A stretch of 64,000 bases of DNA, taken from positions 67,457-131,456 of the forward strand of contig CAZTXB010000002.1 of assembly GCA_964617955.1 (NCBI GenBank), read 5' to 3'. The stretch is from an uncultured Chitinophaga sp. (lineage in GTDB: Bacteria > Bacteroidota > Bacteroidia > NS11-12g > UBA9320). Below the pieces are notes generated by a model. It did no database searches. It worked only from the letters and a program-made list of their open reading frames with translations, and was not told the DNA's origin. This document shows, piece by piece, positions 1-10,579 of the stretch (the first letter of the stretch is position 1; each line of letters begins with the position of its first letter). The position numbers and the translations under genes were made by a program.

Positions 1-1750
1 TTTCTGTGTCAGGGCCCGAAGAGGCTAAACCTACGGCGCCTTCGCTGTATTTTAAATTAGAAAACTCACTCCTGATGCTGTATTCAGCTCCTCCAAAACC
101 ATCTCCCCGAGGGCATCCCCCTTGAATTACAAAGTTTGGCACCAGCCGGTGGAAATATTTGCCGTCGTAAAATCCCGATTCTACCAATTTTAGAATGGAA
201 CTCACCGAGCCGGGTGCTCTGTTGACATTCAGTTGTATAACGAAGTCTCCCTTAGACGTGATAACTTTTATTTTTTGTTTTGCGTCAATTCCGCTCACGT
301 AATCCCATTCTATGGGATGGTTCCACTCAGGTAATGGTTTCTTATAGGGGATGTTTTGTATTTTGGCGAGCACTTTTGCAATGTCAATAAATGCCTCCAT
401 TTCAATTGGTAATTTTAATTTTTTTTGAGCTTCGGCGAATAGGGCAGTGTAACTCTCTTCGGCCTTTATCTTTTTGTCAAGTATGGCGTTGGCAATTATG
501 CTCAAAACCCCTTCGTCGCCATCCTTAATCAATAATTCCATAGTTTCTACAAAGTCTGATTCAAGGTATTCAGGAAATCCCTTCAAGTTACGGCAATTGA
601 TCAGAGCTTCGGTGGCCGCTGATTTAATAGCCGGAACCTCGGTTTGCATGAGCATTTGATTGAGTTGAGGATAATTGGCATAGGAAGTTTCCAATAAACT
701 AATTTTCCAGATCTCACCATATAAATTTTTAGTTTCCTGAAGATGAACACGGTTCTTAGGGCAGCTAGTGTTTTTTAAAATATTTACAATGGCCGGATTG
801 TACGTAAATAGAGTATTGGAGTTTAAAATACTGCAATCCTTGTTTAGCAATTCACTATACGCCATCTGAAAGGAAGGATAACGAAGAAGAGGGGAGGGAT
901 TCAAATCAGATGCAAATGCTGGTTTCTGTTGCAGTCCGAGAGCTCTGAAAACCGAAACCATATTGAGGCAATCTTCCGCAGGTTTTTTTTTGTTTGGAAC
1001 ATTTAAAAAATAACGGTAAAGCTCGCGAAGTGCAGAATCTTTGCCGGCCCAATTTGATTTTCCAACAGCGAGTATAAGCGGTATACTCAGCTCTGAACTT
1101 ATCTTATTTGACTTGAGGCCTTGCATTAAATTTTCATAAATGACGACGGTGTTTTCATCCGACATTTTAAAGCCGGTTCTGCCTAAATACCAGGAGGCAT
1201 AAAACTTATTTCCAGCATATGCACCCATTAAAGATTGGCAAACCCTAGTGGTGAGTATGGAATCGGCAACCCCCTTCAGTAAAGCCCTATACATACCTTC
1301 AGCATATCCCGGCTGGTCGGTATTTTTAATAGAGTGCAAGAGTTTAATTTTTGACTTAGTGATACACTTACCAAAGGCAACGAGGGCAGCTTCCTTAACA
1401 TTTTGCGAAGCCCCTCTTCGAATCACCTTATACAAAAACCGAATGTAAAAAGAATCTCTGCTTTGCCCGATGGCCTCCAAAGCACCAATTTTTAGCTCCT
1501 CTTTTCCCTTTTTTGCCATCCGGCTCAGGGGTTTTCTAAACATGCTGTCATGCCAGCTGTACAAGCCTTTTAAGGCGAGGATTTTTTGCTGTTGAGTCCC
1601 GCTCTTTAAAATTTTCAAAGTATAGTATGTGTCACTTCGGTCCTTGGCTTCCCAGATTTTTTGATGCGTTGGGTCTACAAAAATATTTTGAGCATATAAT
1701 GCCGTCGCTATAAGCGATAATAAACCAAGGAATGTAAACCTTAATATCAT
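1..1750 (-). CDS. HEAT-repeat protein fused to a cyclophilin-type peptidyl-prolyl cis-trans isomerase domain. The C-terminus runs beyond the window start, so the gene is partial.
   Basis: Manual minus-strand translation from the ATG at 1750 (MILRFTFLGLLSLIATALYAQ, a signal peptide) reads without a stop to position 1. The downstream end encodes FHRLVPNFVIQGGCPRGDGFGGAEYSI, which is a cyclophilin motif. The ORF track omits it because there is no in-window stop. Its start overlaps the lptF/G stop in an ATGA. Confidence 0.7.
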   Translation of the reverse strand, partial: MILRFTFLGLLSLIATALYAQNIFVDPTHQKIWEAKDRSDTYYTLKILKSGTQQQKILALKGLYSWHDSMFRKPLSRMAKKGKEELKIGALEAIGQSRDSFYIRFLYKVIRRGASQNVKEAALVAFGKCITKSKIKLLHSIKNTDQPGYAEGMYRALLKGVADSILTTRVCQSLMGAYAGNKFYASWYLGRTGFKMSDENTVVIYENLMQGLKSNKISSELSIPLILAVGKSNWAGKDSALRELYRYFLNVPNKKKPAEDCLNMVSVFRALGLQQKPAFASDLNPSPLLRYPSFQMAYSELLNKDCSILNSNTLFTYNPAIVNILKNTSCPKNRVHLQETKNLYGEIWKISLLETSYANYPQLNQMLMQTEVPAIKSAATEALINCRNLKGFPEYLESDFVETMELLIKDGDEGVLSIIANAILDKKIKAEESYTALFAEAQKKLKLPIEMEAFIDIAKVLAKIQNIPYKKPLPEWNHPIEWDYVSGIDAKQKIKVITSKGDFVIQLNVNRAPGSVSSILKLVESGFYDGKYFHRLVPNFVIQGGCPRGDGFGGAEYSIRSEFSNLKYSEGAVGLASSGPDTE

Positions 1751-2829
1751 TTTTGAGCACTTAAATAAAAATAGAACGCTACCGGCATGAACAGAAAATT
1801 GGGTAACCATACTGCCAATATAGGAGCCATATCGCCGGTGGAGCCATAGGATATAAACCATTGAATAATAAAGAGGTAGGCAAAACTCACAAACAGTCCA
1901 ACGGCCAAATTCACACCTATTCCTCCTCTCTTTTTTGAACTCGAGACACACACGCCAATAAAGGTAAGTAACAAAATGGAAAAGGGAGCCGCATAACGCC
2001 GGTACTTTTCTGTAATGTAGAAAAAGGCCCTGCCGGTTCCACGCATTTGTTCAAGTTCAATATAGGTATTGAGCTCTCTCATATCAAAGGACTGCACGTC
2101 TTCGTCGCGCCTGAAAAAATCATTTGGGGTAAAGGGTATCATGGTGTCCTGAAATTCACCCAGAAAGATTTTTTCATTGCCCGAAGTCTCTATGATGCGA
2201 TAGCGGTAATTTAAAATGCGCCATTTCTTTTTTGGTCTGAACCAATTGATCCGTTCGGCACTTAACTTCTTTACAATTCTGCCCTTCTCAATCCACTCGA
2301 TGTTTAAATTAAAACCGGAACTGTCCATTCGGTTAAAACTACCTAAGGACATCACTACCCCGGGCTTGATTTGTCTAATGATGTTTTCCTCATACTCGTC
2401 GCTAGTGTTTCGTATGTATCGGCTTTCAAATTCAACCCGTTTTTTATCGCTGCGTGGAATCACCCATGCATTCAACCAAAATGAAAGAAGCCCGAAAAAT
2501 AAGGCGACAAGAATATAGGGTCTCAAAAAACGATTGTAAGATAATCCTGAGGCGAGCATGGCCACTATTTCTGACCTGCCGGCGAGTTTTGAAGTGAAGA
2601 AAATAACCGTTAGGAATACAAAAAACGGACTGAATAAATTTAAAATGAATGGGATAAAATTTAAATAGTACCCCTTGACTATGGCTGATAAGGGTGCCTT
2701 TTTTTCTACAAAATCATCGAGCTTTTCAGAAATGTCAAAAATGATGATGATTAAAGTAAATAATCCCAAAGCCACCACAAAGGTGACCATGAAACTCTTT
2801 ATTATATACCAATCAAGTTTTTTAAGCAT
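1747..2829 (-). CDS. LptF/LptG family LPS export permease (YjgP/YjgQ)
   Basis: 360 aa. The N-terminus MLKKLDWYIIKSF plus several TM helices match the typical LptF/G architecture. Confidence 0.8.
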   Translation of the reverse strand: MLKKLDWYIIKSFMVTFVVALGLFTLIIIIFDISEKLDDFVEKKAPLSAIVKGYYLNFIPFILNLFSPFFVFLTVIFFTSKLAGRSEIVAMLASGLSYNRFLRPYILVALFFGLLSFWLNAWVIPRSDKKRVEFESRYIRNTSDEYEENIIRQIKPGVVMSLGSFNRMDSSGFNLNIEWIEKGRIVKKLSAERINWFRPKKKWRILNYRYRIIETSGNEKIFLGEFQDTMIPFTPNDFFRRDEDVQSFDMRELNTYIELEQMRGTGRAFFYITEKYRRYAAPFSILLLTFIGVCVSSSKKRGGIGVNLAVGLFVSFAYLFIIQWFISYGSTGDMAPILAVWLPNFLFMPVAFYFYLSAQK

Positions 2830-2849
2830 TGAACATGCATTCAGACCGC

Positions 2850-3209
2850 TTATTCAATTTTATCCTTAACCGTTTTAAAGGCACTGTAAAACAATTGAAT
2901 TAAATCGTTGCATTCCTCAATGAGTGGATTTATCAACTTGTCTTCCATCATTTTTTCATCGCTGATAAATTCCAAAATATAGCCGCATCGGTCGGCTTGC
3001 TCTGAACATTCACTCAGTTTTTTTACAAAGTTGGCAGTGGATTGTCCGATCAACAAACCACGGGTTTTTGATGGCAGGTCAATAGCAACCGACAACAATT
3101 CACTTCGGAGATGAACCGCAATGATATTGTCACTTGGCAACAACAGGGCCAATTTAGTGCAAGTTTGACCTAATATTTTGGTTCTTTCTCTGAGTTCCAG
3201 GGGATTCAT
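2850..3209 (-). CDS. Four-helix-bundle protein (23S rRNA intervening-sequence protein family)
   Basis: 119 aa helical protein. Size and composition match the TIGR02436-like family common in Bacteroidota. Confidence 0.45.
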   Translation of the reverse strand: MNPLELRERTKILGQTCTKLALLLPSDNIIAVHLRSELLSVAIDLPSKTRGLLIGQSTANFVKKLSECSEQADRCGYILEFISDEKMMEDKLINPLIEECNDLIQLFYSAFKTVKDKIE

Positions 3210-3309
3210 AATGGGGCAAATTTATGAATTAGCCTTGGCTAATGCGCATAGTTTCAAATAATAATTCGGCAAATGCTGTTTTTTTTAAATCCGGCAGCGA
3301 TTTAAGCAC

Positions 3310-4557
3310 CTAAGACTTTTCTTCCCAAATCATGCTCAAATGAACAATGGTTTGAACGGCTTTTTGCATATCCTGAATAGAAACCCACTCAAGTTTTGAA
3401 TGAAAGGCGTGTTCGCCTGCAAAAATATTTGGACAGGGTAAACCCATGAAGGAAAGTCTCGAACCATCTGTTCCTCCTCTTATACTCTCGGTAATGGGTT
3501 GAAGCCCTGTGCGTTGAATGGCTTCTTTTGCATACTCCACTACATGAGGATATTGAAGCAATACTTCCTTCATGTTTCGGTACTGCTCATAGGTTGTAAA
3601 TTCAAAGGAAGAATGAGGGTAATTTTTAATCACACGCTCAGCTATGGCTCTTATTTCGTTTGCATTGTCGACTAAGGTTTGATTATCAAATCCTCTGATA
3701 ATAAATTTAATTTGAGCTTCTTCTATCTGCCCGCTTATAGAGGTAGGATGCACAAACCCCTGTCTTTTCTCAGTGGTTTCAGGAGAAAGCCTGTCCTTGG
3801 GAAGACGGTCTATAATTTCGGAGGCGATTTTAATGGCGCTTTCCATTTTATTTTTGGCAAAGCCGGGATGTGTAGAAACCCCTTTCACAATCAAGGTGGC
3901 TCCGTCGGCGCTGAAAGTTTCGTCTTCTATATGGCCGGCCGATTCTCCATCCATGGTGTAGCCAAAGTCGGCTCCAAGTTTTTTCATATCGACCTTATCA
4001 ACTCCACGACCAATTTCTTCATCGGGTGTAAATAAAATTCTGATTTTGCCATGCTTTATGTCAGGGTGTGCAATGAGATAGTGAACGGCATCCATGATTT
4101 CAGCCAGACCGGCCTTGTTGTCAGCACCTAGGAGCGTGCGTCCATCAGCGGTGATGATGTCGTTGCCCACTTGGTTCATCAAATCGGGATGGGCAGTAGG
4201 GCTCAGTTCAAGATTAGAATCCTCAGAAAAATACAGACTTCCACCCATGTAGTTTTTATGTACGATCGGTCTTACATCCCGTCCACTGCAATCGGGGGAA
4301 GTATCCATGTGAGAGCAGAAACAAATTACAGGGACAGATTTTGTGGTATTCGATTCGAGGGTGGCGTAAACATACCCAAACTCGTCTAAATGGGCATCGG
4401 AAATTCCCATGGCGATAAGCTCCCTGACCAATAATTCCCCTAAATTTTTCTGTTTCTCTGTCGACGGATAAGCAGGCGATTCCGGATCGGATTGGGTGTC
4501 TATTTTTACATAGTTTAGAAACCTTTCGGCAACCGTATAAACGTAATTGGCAAACAC
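3310..4557 (-). CDS. pepT: Peptidase T (tripeptide aminopeptidase, M20B)
   Basis: 415 aa. The FLNYVKIDTQSDPES N-terminus and the HMDTSPD metal-binding motif match pepT. Confidence 0.85.
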   Translation of the reverse strand: MFANYVYTVAERFLNYVKIDTQSDPESPAYPSTEKQKNLGELLVRELIAMGISDAHLDEFGYVYATLESNTTKSVPVICFCSHMDTSPDCSGRDVRPIVHKNYMGGSLYFSEDSNLELSPTAHPDLMNQVGNDIITADGRTLLGADNKAGLAEIMDAVHYLIAHPDIKHGKIRILFTPDEEIGRGVDKVDMKKLGADFGYTMDGESAGHIEDETFSADGATLIVKGVSTHPGFAKNKMESAIKIASEIIDRLPKDRLSPETTEKRQGFVHPTSISGQIEEAQIKFIIRGFDNQTLVDNANEIRAIAERVIKNYPHSSFEFTTYEQYRNMKEVLLQYPHVVEYAKEAIQRTGLQPITESIRGGTDGSRLSFMGLPCPNIFAGEHAFHSKLEWVSIQDMQKAVQTIVHLSMIWEEKS

Positions 4558-4560
4558 AGC

Positions 4561-5226
4561 TTATTTTAATTTGTCTTTAAATGCCTTTCTGAATTTATCA
4601 AGCTTCGGGCGGATAACATAAACGCAATAAGTTTGATTGCTGTTATTGGTGTAGTAATCCTGATGGTAGTCTTCGGCCTTATAGAACTCACCTACTTTTA
4701 CTATTTCTGTTACGATGGGTTTTGCATATGCTTTTTCATCAATCAGCCTTTGTTTGTAAAATTCAGCCTCTTCTTTTTGTTTCTCATTGTGATAGAACAC
4801 AGCGCTTCGGTACTGTGTGCCCACATCGCTTCCTTGCTTATTTAAGCTGGTGGGATCGTGTATTTCCCAGAAAACTTCCAATAATTCTTTAAACGTCGTC
4901 ACTTTTGGGTCGTACACGATTCGGGTAACTTCGGCATGTCCGGTATTACCGGTGGTGATTTGTTCGTACGTTGGGTCTTTTACCGTTCCCCCCGAATATC
5001 CTGATCTCACACTTTTTACACCTTTAACTTCTAAAAAAATAGCTTCAACACACCAAAAACAGCCGGCACCAAAGGTGGCAGTATCCCATTGGGTTGAATC
5101 TTCTGTCTCGTTGGCATGAATGGAGTCTGACTTTTGCATATTAGTTGAGTTTTGTTTGGCCATTTTTCCTGTACATCCAACAGCAACCCATAGGATGATT
5201 GAAGGCAATAAAAAAAGTTTTCTCAT
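4561..5226 (-). CDS. msrA: Peptide methionine sulfoxide reductase MsrA with a lipoprotein-type signal
   Basis: Carries the GAGCFWCVEA active-site motif (GCFWC). Confidence 0.85.
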   Translation of the reverse strand: MRKLFLLPSIILWVAVGCTGKMAKQNSTNMQKSDSIHANETEDSTQWDTATFGAGCFWCVEAIFLEVKGVKSVRSGYSGGTVKDPTYEQITTGNTGHAEVTRIVYDPKVTTFKELLEVFWEIHDPTSLNKQGSDVGTQYRSAVFYHNEKQKEEAEFYKQRLIDEKAYAKPIVTEIVKVGEFYKAEDYHQDYYTNNSNQTYCVYVIRPKLDKFRKAFKDKLK

Positions 5227-5271
5227 ACATTTATTTTTAAGTTTTCAAAGTACGCCATTAATTCCATGACT

Positions 5272-6300
5272 TCAAACAGGTATAATTTCTGAAATTTTTT
5301 CTTCAACTTCCATAACCGTTGCCAATTCAATACAGGGATTCTCAGGTCTTATGCAATGCACCTGATCGCATGGATTGCAGGGAAGTATATGGTGAACCAC
5401 TCTTGAACGTTTGCCCAAGGGGTAAAAAACCTCAGGAACCCCGGGACCAAAAATTCCTACGGCAGGGGTGTTCATTACAGCGGCAATGTGCAAAGGGCCG
5501 CTTTCATTGCCAATAAATAAACCGGCCTTTTGCATGAAATAGGCCAACTCGTTTAAATTAAATTCCCGTGTACAGATGAGCGCTTTGCCAGAGATGAGCG
5601 ACATGACCTCCTCTATATCCTTCTCGTCTTCAGAGGTTCCTGTAAAAACCACTGAAAAATTATACTTCGTATGGAGGATTTTGATAAGTGCTGCGTAATT
5701 TTTTGCCGGCCATTGCCTCAGTTTTTTTCTTGCTCCGCAATGTATTACCGCAAAAGCGGTTAAATGGTTTGACTCCAAATAGTGTTCTACCTTGGTTTGG
5801 GTTTCGGCACTAAAATAAACTTTAGGCGTTATGGGTATACTTTTTTGGATTAAAAGAGTTTGAATAATTTTAGAATTGGTCTCGGTCTCATGTTTCTGCC
5901 CCCCGTTAAACTTGTTCAGCATTCGCACTTTTCCTCTTTCCAATCTCAGCAATGGCGATTTTACCATCGCATACCAAAGCGTTCGCCAATTTCCTCTTAA
6001 TTCTACAATTGCATCGTATTTTCTTTTAAACGGGATTTCAAAAATAATGCTTGAAATGGCCGGATTGTGGAGTAGCAATGGGGCAACAAACGCCTTACAA
6101 AGCACTGTGATTTCAGCATCAGGATATTCTGCTTTTATTTTCTCAAAAACATGCAGGGCATAAACCATATCCCCGATTTCATCCAGTTTAATAATGAGTA
6201 TACTCCTTAGGGGCTTTTTAGATGGAATAGCATTCAGAATAAAACTGTAGCTTGCTGAAACTAAATAATAAAATTGCTCTGGAAAGGTCTTTATATTCAA
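5272..6300 (-). CDS. Glycosyltransferase family 9 (LPS heptosyltransferase-like)
   Basis: 342 aa with ILIIKLDEIGDMV and GNESGPLHIAAVMNTPAVGIFGP, both GT9 hallmarks. Confidence 0.75.
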   Translation of the reverse strand: MNIKTFPEQFYYLVSASYSFILNAIPSKKPLRSILIIKLDEIGDMVYALHVFEKIKAEYPDAEITVLCKAFVAPLLLHNPAISSIIFEIPFKRKYDAIVELRGNWRTLWYAMVKSPLLRLERGKVRMLNKFNGGQKHETETNSKIIQTLLIQKSIPITPKVYFSAETQTKVEHYLESNHLTAFAVIHCGARKKLRQWPAKNYAALIKILHTKYNFSVVFTGTSEDEKDIEEVMSLISGKALICTREFNLNELAYFMQKAGLFIGNESGPLHIAAVMNTPAVGIFGPGVPEVFYPLGKRSRVVHHILPCNPCDQVHCIRPENPCIELATVMEVEEKISEIIPV

Positions 6301-6313
6301 TGAATGAGGGCGC

Positions 6314-7105
6314 TTAGTTTGAATTTGAATCTTCTTTATTCAGTTTGTAGAGCAACGGACGACTGGGAACTGCATCCGATTCAAAGGAAAATATTTGCAG
6401 GTCCATGAGATAGAGTCCATCTTCAATCTCTGAAGGAGCGTAAATCATTTCGGTAATGGTGGCCATGGGTCTGGGATGGTCCGGTAATCCGAAAAAGGCC
6501 TTGTGGGCCAAAAGACGTCCTCCGTCTTCTTCTCTGTCGACCGATGGAACATCACACAGGAAATGGAGAATACCCATTTTATGCATAAATGCCATCAGTT
6601 CGGGTTCAAAATAGGCAGGATTTTGGCCCGAATAATCCATGCTTCTTTTTGCGTCGGAATTCGGCAAAGTTCTGATTATCAACGCTTCGATGCCGGATAT
6701 TTTTAAGAGAGGCTCCATCTGGCTCAATCCTATGATTTGGTCGCCACCAACGGTTTTGGGTTCAATGCTTATGAGTTGAGCAAGCATTAAGCCCTGTTGT
6801 AAAACGTTGCTGACATATTCTTGCTTCGCCGTGATGTGACCGATGCATTCGGTATGGGTGCCGTTGCCGTGAGGCGTGAGAGTGACCACGTCAACATTGC
6901 ATGCTCCGCCAAGGGCTACATTGCCGGTAAAACTGCCTATAGAAAAGGGAGAGAAGCTTGGGCGATTGGTATGAAAACAATTTACGCCCTTAGAATCCCG
7001 TTTTACTCCCAGAGAAAGGTCGAGCGCTTTGGAGGTTTCGAAGGAATAGACTTCTCGATTTATATGAAATGAAAGTTTCAAAGTTTGAGCAATTGAGCCC
7101 GGCAA
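6314..7105 (-). CDS. Cyclase family protein (kynurenine formamidase-like)
   Basis: 263 aa. The HGNGTHTECIGH metal-binding motif is typical of the putative cyclase family. Confidence 0.5.
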   Translation of the reverse strand: MPGSIAQTLKLSFHINREVYSFETSKALDLSLGVKRDSKGVNCFHTNRPSFSPFSIGSFTGNVALGGACNVDVVTLTPHGNGTHTECIGHITAKQEYVSNVLQQGLMLAQLISIEPKTVGGDQIIGLSQMEPLLKISGIEALIIRTLPNSDAKRSMDYSGQNPAYFEPELMAFMHKMGILHFLCDVPSVDREEDGGRLLAHKAFFGLPDHPRPMATITEMIYAPSEIEDGLYLMDLQIFSFESDAVPSRPLLYKLNKEDSNSN

Positions 7106-7164
7106 AAGTCGTGAAAAAAGTCTGAATTGGTAACCTTAACATCCTATATCCATATTACCTATTT

Positions 7165-8337
7165 TTGAATGGTCAAATGAATTCATACCGATTTAACCGA
7201 ATCATAAAACCGGTTTTGCTCTTGCTGGCCATCATAATTGGGGTGGTGTCGCTATGGTATACCAATACACTGGCGACGAAAATGGAGAAGGAAGAAAAAT
7301 TGAAAATTGAAATCTGGGCCAAGGCCACCGCTCAATTGGCCTCAAGCGATTTTTCGGTTGATTTGACCTTTCTTCTTGAAATTGTGAGTCAAAATACCAC
7401 AATTCCTGTGATGTTGACCGATGAAAAAGAAAATGTAACCAGTTGGAGAAACCTCGATTCTATGGCCGCGGCACGAGATCCGCAATACCTGATTCGGATT
7501 AAGGAAAAAATGAAATCGGCCCATGACCCCATTATTTTGAACTATTATGAAGGACAAAATGTAAAGGTATTTTACCTCGACTCGGAAATATTAACCCGTT
7601 TGAAGTATTTTCCTTTTATTCAACTGCTCATCATTTCCTTCTTTTTAGTGATTAGTTATCTGGCCTTTAGTTACTCCAGACGCTCGGAGCAAAATTTGGT
7701 CTGGGTGGGTATGAGTAAAGAAACCGCCCATCAGTTGGGAACTCCGCTCTCTTCCCTTATGGCCTGGATTCAACTAAGCAAGGAAGATGAAGCCTCAAAT
7801 AAAGAATTGCTTAAGGAAATGGAGAAGGATGTGGAACGTTTGGAGATCATTACCGAAAGATTTTCAAAAATTGGTTCCGACCCAAAACTTGAACCACTTG
7901 ATTTCGTGGAAGAATTGAAATCTTCCATAGATTACCTGCAGAGCAGAACCTCCAAACTGGTGGCATTCAAATTGAACAATCATTTAAATAAACCTGTTTC
8001 TGTCAGCTTAAATTCACATCTCTTTGCATGGGCAATTGAAAATCTGACCAAAAATGCCATTGACGCCATGGATGGGGTAGGTACCATTAGTTATGATATT
8101 TTTTTAAAGGGTTTGACGGTTGTTCTTGATATTTCAGATACCGGAAAAGGCATTCCAAACAATAGGTTCAAGTCGATTTTTAAACCCGGATTCACCACCA
8201 AAAAAAGAGGGTGGGGGCTTGGGCTCTCCTTTGTAAAGCGGATTATAGAAAATTACCATAAAGGCCATATCCATGTAAAGGAATCCATCTATAATAAAGG
8301 CACAACCTTTAGAATAATTTTAAAAGTTGCCGGGTAG
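7165..8337 (+). CDS. Sensor histidine kinase with two N-terminal TM helices and HisKA plus HATPase_c domains
   Basis: The H-box AHQLGTPLSSL and C-terminal N/G boxes (NLTKNAIDAM, GWGLGLSF) are present. No adjacent response regulator. Confidence 0.8.
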   Translation: MNGQMNSYRFNRIIKPVLLLLAIIIGVVSLWYTNTLATKMEKEEKLKIEIWAKATAQLASSDFSVDLTFLLEIVSQNTTIPVMLTDEKENVTSWRNLDSMAAARDPQYLIRIKEKMKSAHDPIILNYYEGQNVKVFYLDSEILTRLKYFPFIQLLIISFFLVISYLAFSYSRRSEQNLVWVGMSKETAHQLGTPLSSLMAWIQLSKEDEASNKELLKEMEKDVERLEIITERFSKIGSDPKLEPLDFVEELKSSIDYLQSRTSKLVAFKLNNHLNKPVSVSLNSHLFAWAIENLTKNAIDAMDGVGTISYDIFLKGLTVVLDISDTGKGIPNNRFKSIFKPGFTTKKRGWGLGLSFVKRIIENYHKGHIHVKESIYNKGTTFRIILKVAG

Positions 8338-8429
8338 CTGATTCCCAATGATGGAGTTCCGACTATTCTTTTTTCTGTTTAAAAAGTTCTCGCCAATTCA
8401 GTTTTAGTTGGCACTCATACCCAAAGAAA

Positions 8430-9797
8430 TTATCCCATCATTTCGGCATAATATTTATAGAAGTAAGGGATGGTTTCAATTCCTTTATAAAAATTAAATA
8501 AGCCAAAATGCTCGTTTGGCGAATGAATGGCATCGCTATCGAGTCCAAAACCCATAAGAACAGTCTTAACCCCCAGTTCTTTTTCAAACATGGCCACGAT
8601 GGGAATGCTACCTCCGCCAAAAGTTGGAATGGGCTTTTTGCCATAGGTAGTTTCTATGGCTCTGGAAGCCGCCTTAAAAGCCACTGAATCGGTAGGAGTG
8701 ATGGCAGCTTCTCCGCCATGGTGAGGAGTTACCTTTACTTTCACACCTTTTGGAGCAATAGATTTGAAATGTTCTGCAAACAAATTGGTGATCTCATCCG
8801 ACTTTTGGTTGGGAATCAACCGCATCGAAATTTTGGCATAGGCCTTTGAAGGAAGCACGGTTTTGGCTCCTTCTCCAATATAGCCGCCCCAAATACCGTT
8901 CACTTCAAAAGTCGGACGAATGCCGGTGCGCTCAAGGGTAGTGAATCCCGCTTCACCCATCACATCTTCTATTTCCAAATCCTGTTTATAATTTTCCAGA
9001 TTAAACGGGGCCGAATTGAGAGCTTCCCTGTCGGAGGCACTCAAATTATTAACTTTATCATAAAATCCGGGTATGGTAATGTGTCGGTTTTCATCATGCA
9101 TACTCGCAATCATGCTGCATAAAACATTAATTGGATTGGCCACGGCTCCGCCATATACACCCGAATGCAGGTCTCTGTTTGGACCTGTAACTTCTACTTC
9201 TAGATAACTCAAGCCCCTCAGCCCTACATCGATGGAAGGGATATCATTTGCAATCATTCCTGTATCCGAGATTAACACAACGTCGGCCTTGAGCTTTTCT
9301 TTGTGAGCATTTACGTAAATGCCCAAATTGGTGCTTCCTACCTCTTCTTCACCTTCAATCATAAACTTCACATTGCAAGCTAGGGTATTGGTTTTTATCA
9401 TGGTTTCAAAGGCTTTTACATGCATGTACATCTGTCCCTTATCGTCACATGCTCCTCTTGCATAAATTTTACCCTCTCTTACTTCAGGCTCAAAGGCGGG
9501 AGTAGTCCAGAGTTCATCCGGTACTGAAGGTTGAACATCGTAGTGTCCATATACTAAAATTGTGGGAAGCGTAGGATCGAATATTTTGTCTCCATAAACT
9601 ATGGGATTTCCGGCGGTTTCTTCCAATGTCACGTTTTCAGCACCCGCTGCAATGAGTTTGTCTCGCACAAACTCGGCTGTTTTTCGTACTTCTGAACTAA
9701 AACTCTTGTCGGCACTGATACTGGGCAAGCGAAGCATGTCGAAAAGCTCATTTAAAAATCGGTCTTTGTTTTCAGTAATGTATTGGTTTTGCATCAT
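8430..9797 (-). CDS. M20 family dipeptidase (peptidase dimerisation domain)
   Basis: The ORF track begins at 9878, but the likely start is the internal MMQNQYITENKDRF. M20 motifs HYDVQP, GACDDKG and EGEEEVGS are present. Confidence 0.8.
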   Translation of the reverse strand: MMQNQYITENKDRFLNELFDMLRLPSISADKSFSSEVRKTAEFVRDKLIAAGAENVTLEETAGNPIVYGDKIFDPTLPTILVYGHYDVQPSVPDELWTTPAFEPEVREGKIYARGACDDKGQMYMHVKAFETMIKTNTLACNVKFMIEGEEEVGSTNLGIYVNAHKEKLKADVVLISDTGMIANDIPSIDVGLRGLSYLEVEVTGPNRDLHSGVYGGAVANPINVLCSMIASMHDENRHITIPGFYDKVNNLSASDREALNSAPFNLENYKQDLEIEDVMGEAGFTTLERTGIRPTFEVNGIWGGYIGEGAKTVLPSKAYAKISMRLIPNQKSDEITNLFAEHFKSIAPKGVKVKVTPHHGGEAAITPTDSVAFKAASRAIETTYGKKPIPTFGGGSIPIVAMFEKELGVKTVLMGFGLDSDAIHSPNEHFGLFNFYKGIETIPYFYKYYAEMMG

Positions 9798-9966
9798 TTT
9801 GTAATCCGTAGCGAAATTAGTATAAATCGATGAATAGATTTTAGGGTGTTTTATGAAGGGATGGCTGGTCTCCCACATGAATGATTATTGCACCCGGTAA
9901 GCGTATTTTTAGAGCTATCAACGCGTTTATTAAAGCCTGTGATTAAGCCTTTGGCATGGAGTGGAT

Positions 9967-9999
9967 ATAAAAAAAGGCGGATGATCATTGTCATCCGCC
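9967..9999 (-). terminator. Rho-independent terminator downstream of the TPR gene
   Basis: Perfect 9-bp stem ggcggatga/tcatccgcc with a 6-nt loop, preceded on the + strand by an A-run, which is a T-run on the minus strand. Confidence 0.55.
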
Positions 10000-10029
10000 C
10001 CATTTAAAAATATGTAAGTTAGTAGTGAT

Positions 10030-10539
10030 CTATTTACAATTGGCCGCAATGTATGAATCGGCCATAGTGAGTCCGTATTTGCTCGCGGTTTTCATGGCAT
10101 CGCAGGCCTTGTCATATTTGTGAAGATAGTAATAAGCTACTCCCAAATTGAGCCATGCCTGAGCATAATTTTCCTGAACTTTTATGGATTTGAGGTACCA
10201 GTCCACGGCATCCTTGTAATCGCTGCCTATGGCATAAATCACCCCGATGTTGTTGTAATAAACAGGTTTTGGGGTTATTTCTATGCACATTTTATAATCT
10301 TTAATCGCTCCTTTGATATCGGCAGTTTTTTCCTTTATTAAAGCGCGTTTAAAAATATATTCTTCCTTGTTGGGAGAGGCCTTAACCGCTTTGTTAATAA
10401 AATACAGCGCCGAATCCCACTGCTGGTTCTGGTAAAGGTATTCGGCTCTTTCAAACATCATCTTGCCCAAGTCCTCGGCCTGTGAAAAACTGATGTTTCC
10501 TATAATAAGTAAAAGGGAAATAAATGCGATTCGTTTCAT
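10030..10539 (-). CDS. Secreted or lipoprotein TPR-repeat protein
   Basis: 169 aa with a signal peptide and W/Y-rich TPR-like repeats. Confidence 0.6.
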   Translation of the reverse strand: MKRIAFISLLLIIGNISFSQAEDLGKMMFERAEYLYQNQQWDSALYFINKAVKASPNKEEYIFKRALIKEKTADIKGAIKDYKMCIEITPKPVYYNNIGVIYAIGSDYKDAVDWYLKSIKVQENYAQAWLNLGVAYYYLHKYDKACDAMKTASKYGLTMADSYIAANCK

Positions 10540-10579
10540 TTTGGATATATATAATGCTGTTGAAATTTTGATTTAAATA

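Noticed and set aside
474-1448. Plus-strand 61-aa and 66-aa ORFs in the first 1.7 kb
   Set aside because: They lie antisense within the continuous HEAT-cyclophilin reading frame.
9800-9878. The first 27 codons of the dipeptidase ORF (MWETSHPFIKHPKIYSSIYTNFATDYK)
   Set aside because: M20 dipeptidases start near MMQNQY... The extension probably reflects the first in-frame ATG and is not the true start. Confidence in this is moderate.
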